In this document: positions 62,159-64,000 of the stretch, piece by piece
Layout: the number at the start of each line of letters is the position of its first letter
How positions within the stretch are numbered: position 1 is the first letter of the stretch
NCBI RefSeq assembly: GCF_009914755.1
Contig: NC_060932.1
From: the human T2T-CHM13v2.0 reference genome, Homo sapiens
Strand: one strand, 5' to 3'
DNA length: 64,000 nt
The notes under the pieces: generated by a model
Databases searched by the model: none
The model's input: only the letters and a program-made list of their open reading frames with translations
What the model was told of the DNA's origin: nothing
Program-made: the position numbers and the translations under genes

Positions 62159-64000
62159 TTTTTTTTTGTTTGTTTGTTTGTTTTTTTAGTACTTATTGAT
62201 CATTCTTGGGTGTTTCTCGGAGAGGCAGATGTGGCAGGGTCATAGGATAATAGTGGAGAGAAGGTCAGCAGATAAACACGTGAACAAAGGTCTCTGGTTT
62301 TCCTAGGGAGACGTCCCTGCGGCCTTCTGCAGTGTTTGTGTCCCTGGGTACTTGAGATTAGGGAGTGGTGATGACCCTTAACGAGCATGCTGCCTTCAAG
62401 CATCTGTTTAACAAAGCACATCTTGCACCGCCCTTAATCCATTTAACCCTGAGTGGACACAGCACATGTTTCAGAGAGCACGGGGTTGGGGGTAAGGTTA
62501 TAGATTAACAGCATCCCAAGGCAGAAGAATTTTTCTTAGTACAGAACAAAATGGAGTCTCCTATATCTACTTCTTTCTACACAGACACAGTAACAATCTG
62601 ATCTCTCTTTTTTTTCCCCACATTTTCCCCCGTTTCTTTTTGACAAAACCGCGATCGTCATCATGGCCTGTTCTCGATGGTCGCTGTCTCTTCGGAGCTG
62701 TTGGGTACACTTCCCAGACGGGGCGGCCGGGCAGAGGCGCTCCTCACTTCCCAGATGGGGCGGCCGGGCAGAGGCGCTCCTCACTTCCCAGACGGGGCGG
62801 CCGGGCAGAGGCGCTCCTCACTTCCCAGACGGGGCGGCCGGGCAGAGGCGCTCCTCACTTCCCAGACGGGGCGGCCGGGCAGAGGCGCTCCTCACTTCCC
62901 AGACGGGGCGGCCGGGCAGAGGCGCTCCTCATTTCCCAGATGGGGCGGTCGGGCAGAGGTGCTCCTCACATCCCAGAAGATGGGCGGCTGGGCAGAGGTG
63001 CTCCTCACTTCCTCCCAGACGGGGTGGCTGGGCAGAGGTGCTCCTCACTTCCCAGGCGGGGCGGCCGGGCAGAGACGCTCCTCACCTCCCAGACGGGGTG
63101 GCCGGGCAGAGACGCTCCTCACCTCCCAGACGGGGCGGCCCGGCAGAGGCGCTCACTTCCTAGACAGGACAGCCGGGCAGAGGCGCTCCTCACCTCCCAG
63201 ATGAAGGGCGGCCTGGCAGAGGCGCTCCTCACCTCCCAGACGGGGCAGCTGGGCAGAAGCGCTGCCCACCTCCCAGATGGGGCGGCCGGGCAGAGGCATT
63301 CCTCACATCCCAGACGGAGCGGCCGAGCAGAGGCGCTCCTCACTTCCCAGACGGGGCGGCCGGGCAGAGGCGCTCCTCACTTCCCAGACGGGGCGGCCAG
63401 GCAGAGGCGCTCCTCACTTCCCAGACAAAGGGCGGCCGGGCAGAGGCGCTCCTCACTTCCCAGACGGGGCAGCCGGGCAGAGGCGTTCCCCACTTCCCAG
63501 ACGGGGCGGCCGGGCAGAGGCGCTCCCCACTTCCCAGACGGGGCGGCCGGGCAGAGCCTCTCCCCACTTCCCAGACGGGGCGGCTGGGCAGAGACTCTCC
63601 CCACTTCCCAGATGGGGCGGCCGGGCAGAGGCTCTCCCCACTTCCCAGATGGGGCGGCTGCCGGGCAGAGACGCTCCTGAATTCCCAGATGGGGCAGCTG
63701 CAGGGCAGAGGCGCTCCTCACTTCTCAGACGGGGTGGCCGGGCAGAGGCTCCTCAGTTCCCAGACGGGGTGGCGGCCGGGCAGAGGCACTCCTCACATCC
63801 CAGATGGGGTGGCTGGGCAGAGGCGCTGCTCACTTCCCAGACGATGGGTGGCCGGGCAGAGGCGCTCCTCACCTCCCAGACGGGGCGGCTGGGCAGAGGT
63901 GCTCCTCACTTCCCAGACGGGGCAGCCGGGCAGAGGCGCTCCTCACTTCCCAGAAGCGGCGGCCAGGTAGAGGAGCTCCTCATTTCCCAGACGAGGCTGC
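62159..64000 (-). mobile_element. SVA retrotransposon (older SVA_A-like): A-tail, SINE-R, VNTR; continues beyond the window
   Basis: T-rich tail at 62159-62188; HERV-K-derived SINE-R (CATTCTTGGGTGTTTCTCG, GCATGCTGCCTTCAAGCATCTG, GTACAGAACAAAATGGAGTCTCC) to about 62707; GC-rich VNTR. Confidence 0.95.
62708..64000. repeat. SVA VNTR, about 37-bp unit (CACTTCCCAGACGGGGCGGCCGGGCAGAGGCGCTCCT), more than 30 copies
   Basis: Near-identical units at the left end, more diverged to the right. Confidence 0.95.

Noticed and set aside
62640-63970. Long repetitive ORFs (346, 175, 166 aa and others)
   Set aside because: Translation of the stop-poor 37-bp SVA VNTR; all frames give the same cyclic peptide.
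62708-64000. CRISPR-like array of ~37-bp repeats
   Set aside because: Head-to-tail units without unique spacers, in a primate SVA; no cas genes.

Overview
Primate, very probably human, genomic DNA containing the complete ALKAL1 (FAM150A/augmentor-beta; ligand of the ALK/LTK receptor tyrosine kinases) gene on the minus strand. It has a CpG-island promoter near 55.5 kb, four coding exons (55299-55110, 32484-32431, 29950-29870, 28545-28481; 390 nt, 129 aa, all GT-AG, all phase 1) and a non-coding last exon (about 24639-24075). The rest is mostly transposon-derived: a decayed L1PA 3' half, more than 25 Alus (including a young AluYg6-like copy), older L1/L2/MIR and DNA-transposon fossils, MaLR/ERV1 solo LTRs, two partial HERV-L proviruses flanking the gene in opposite orientations, and an SVA at the right edge. 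Almost all other ORFs in the track are Alu, L1, ERV or VNTR artefacts. I see no evidence for a new multi-gene system. The best candidates for unexamined biology are: (1) an LTR10 in ALKAL1 intron 1 carrying a three-half-site p53 element; (2) two HERV-L fragments that are complementary halves broken at the same RT position; (3) an LTR with an anomalous 46-bp flanking duplication; (4) a perfect 28-bp-stem hairpin; (5) two sequence-predicted truncated, secreted ALKAL1 isoforms. Repeat subfamily names come from recalled consensus features and were not computed; boundaries of old repeats are approximate.
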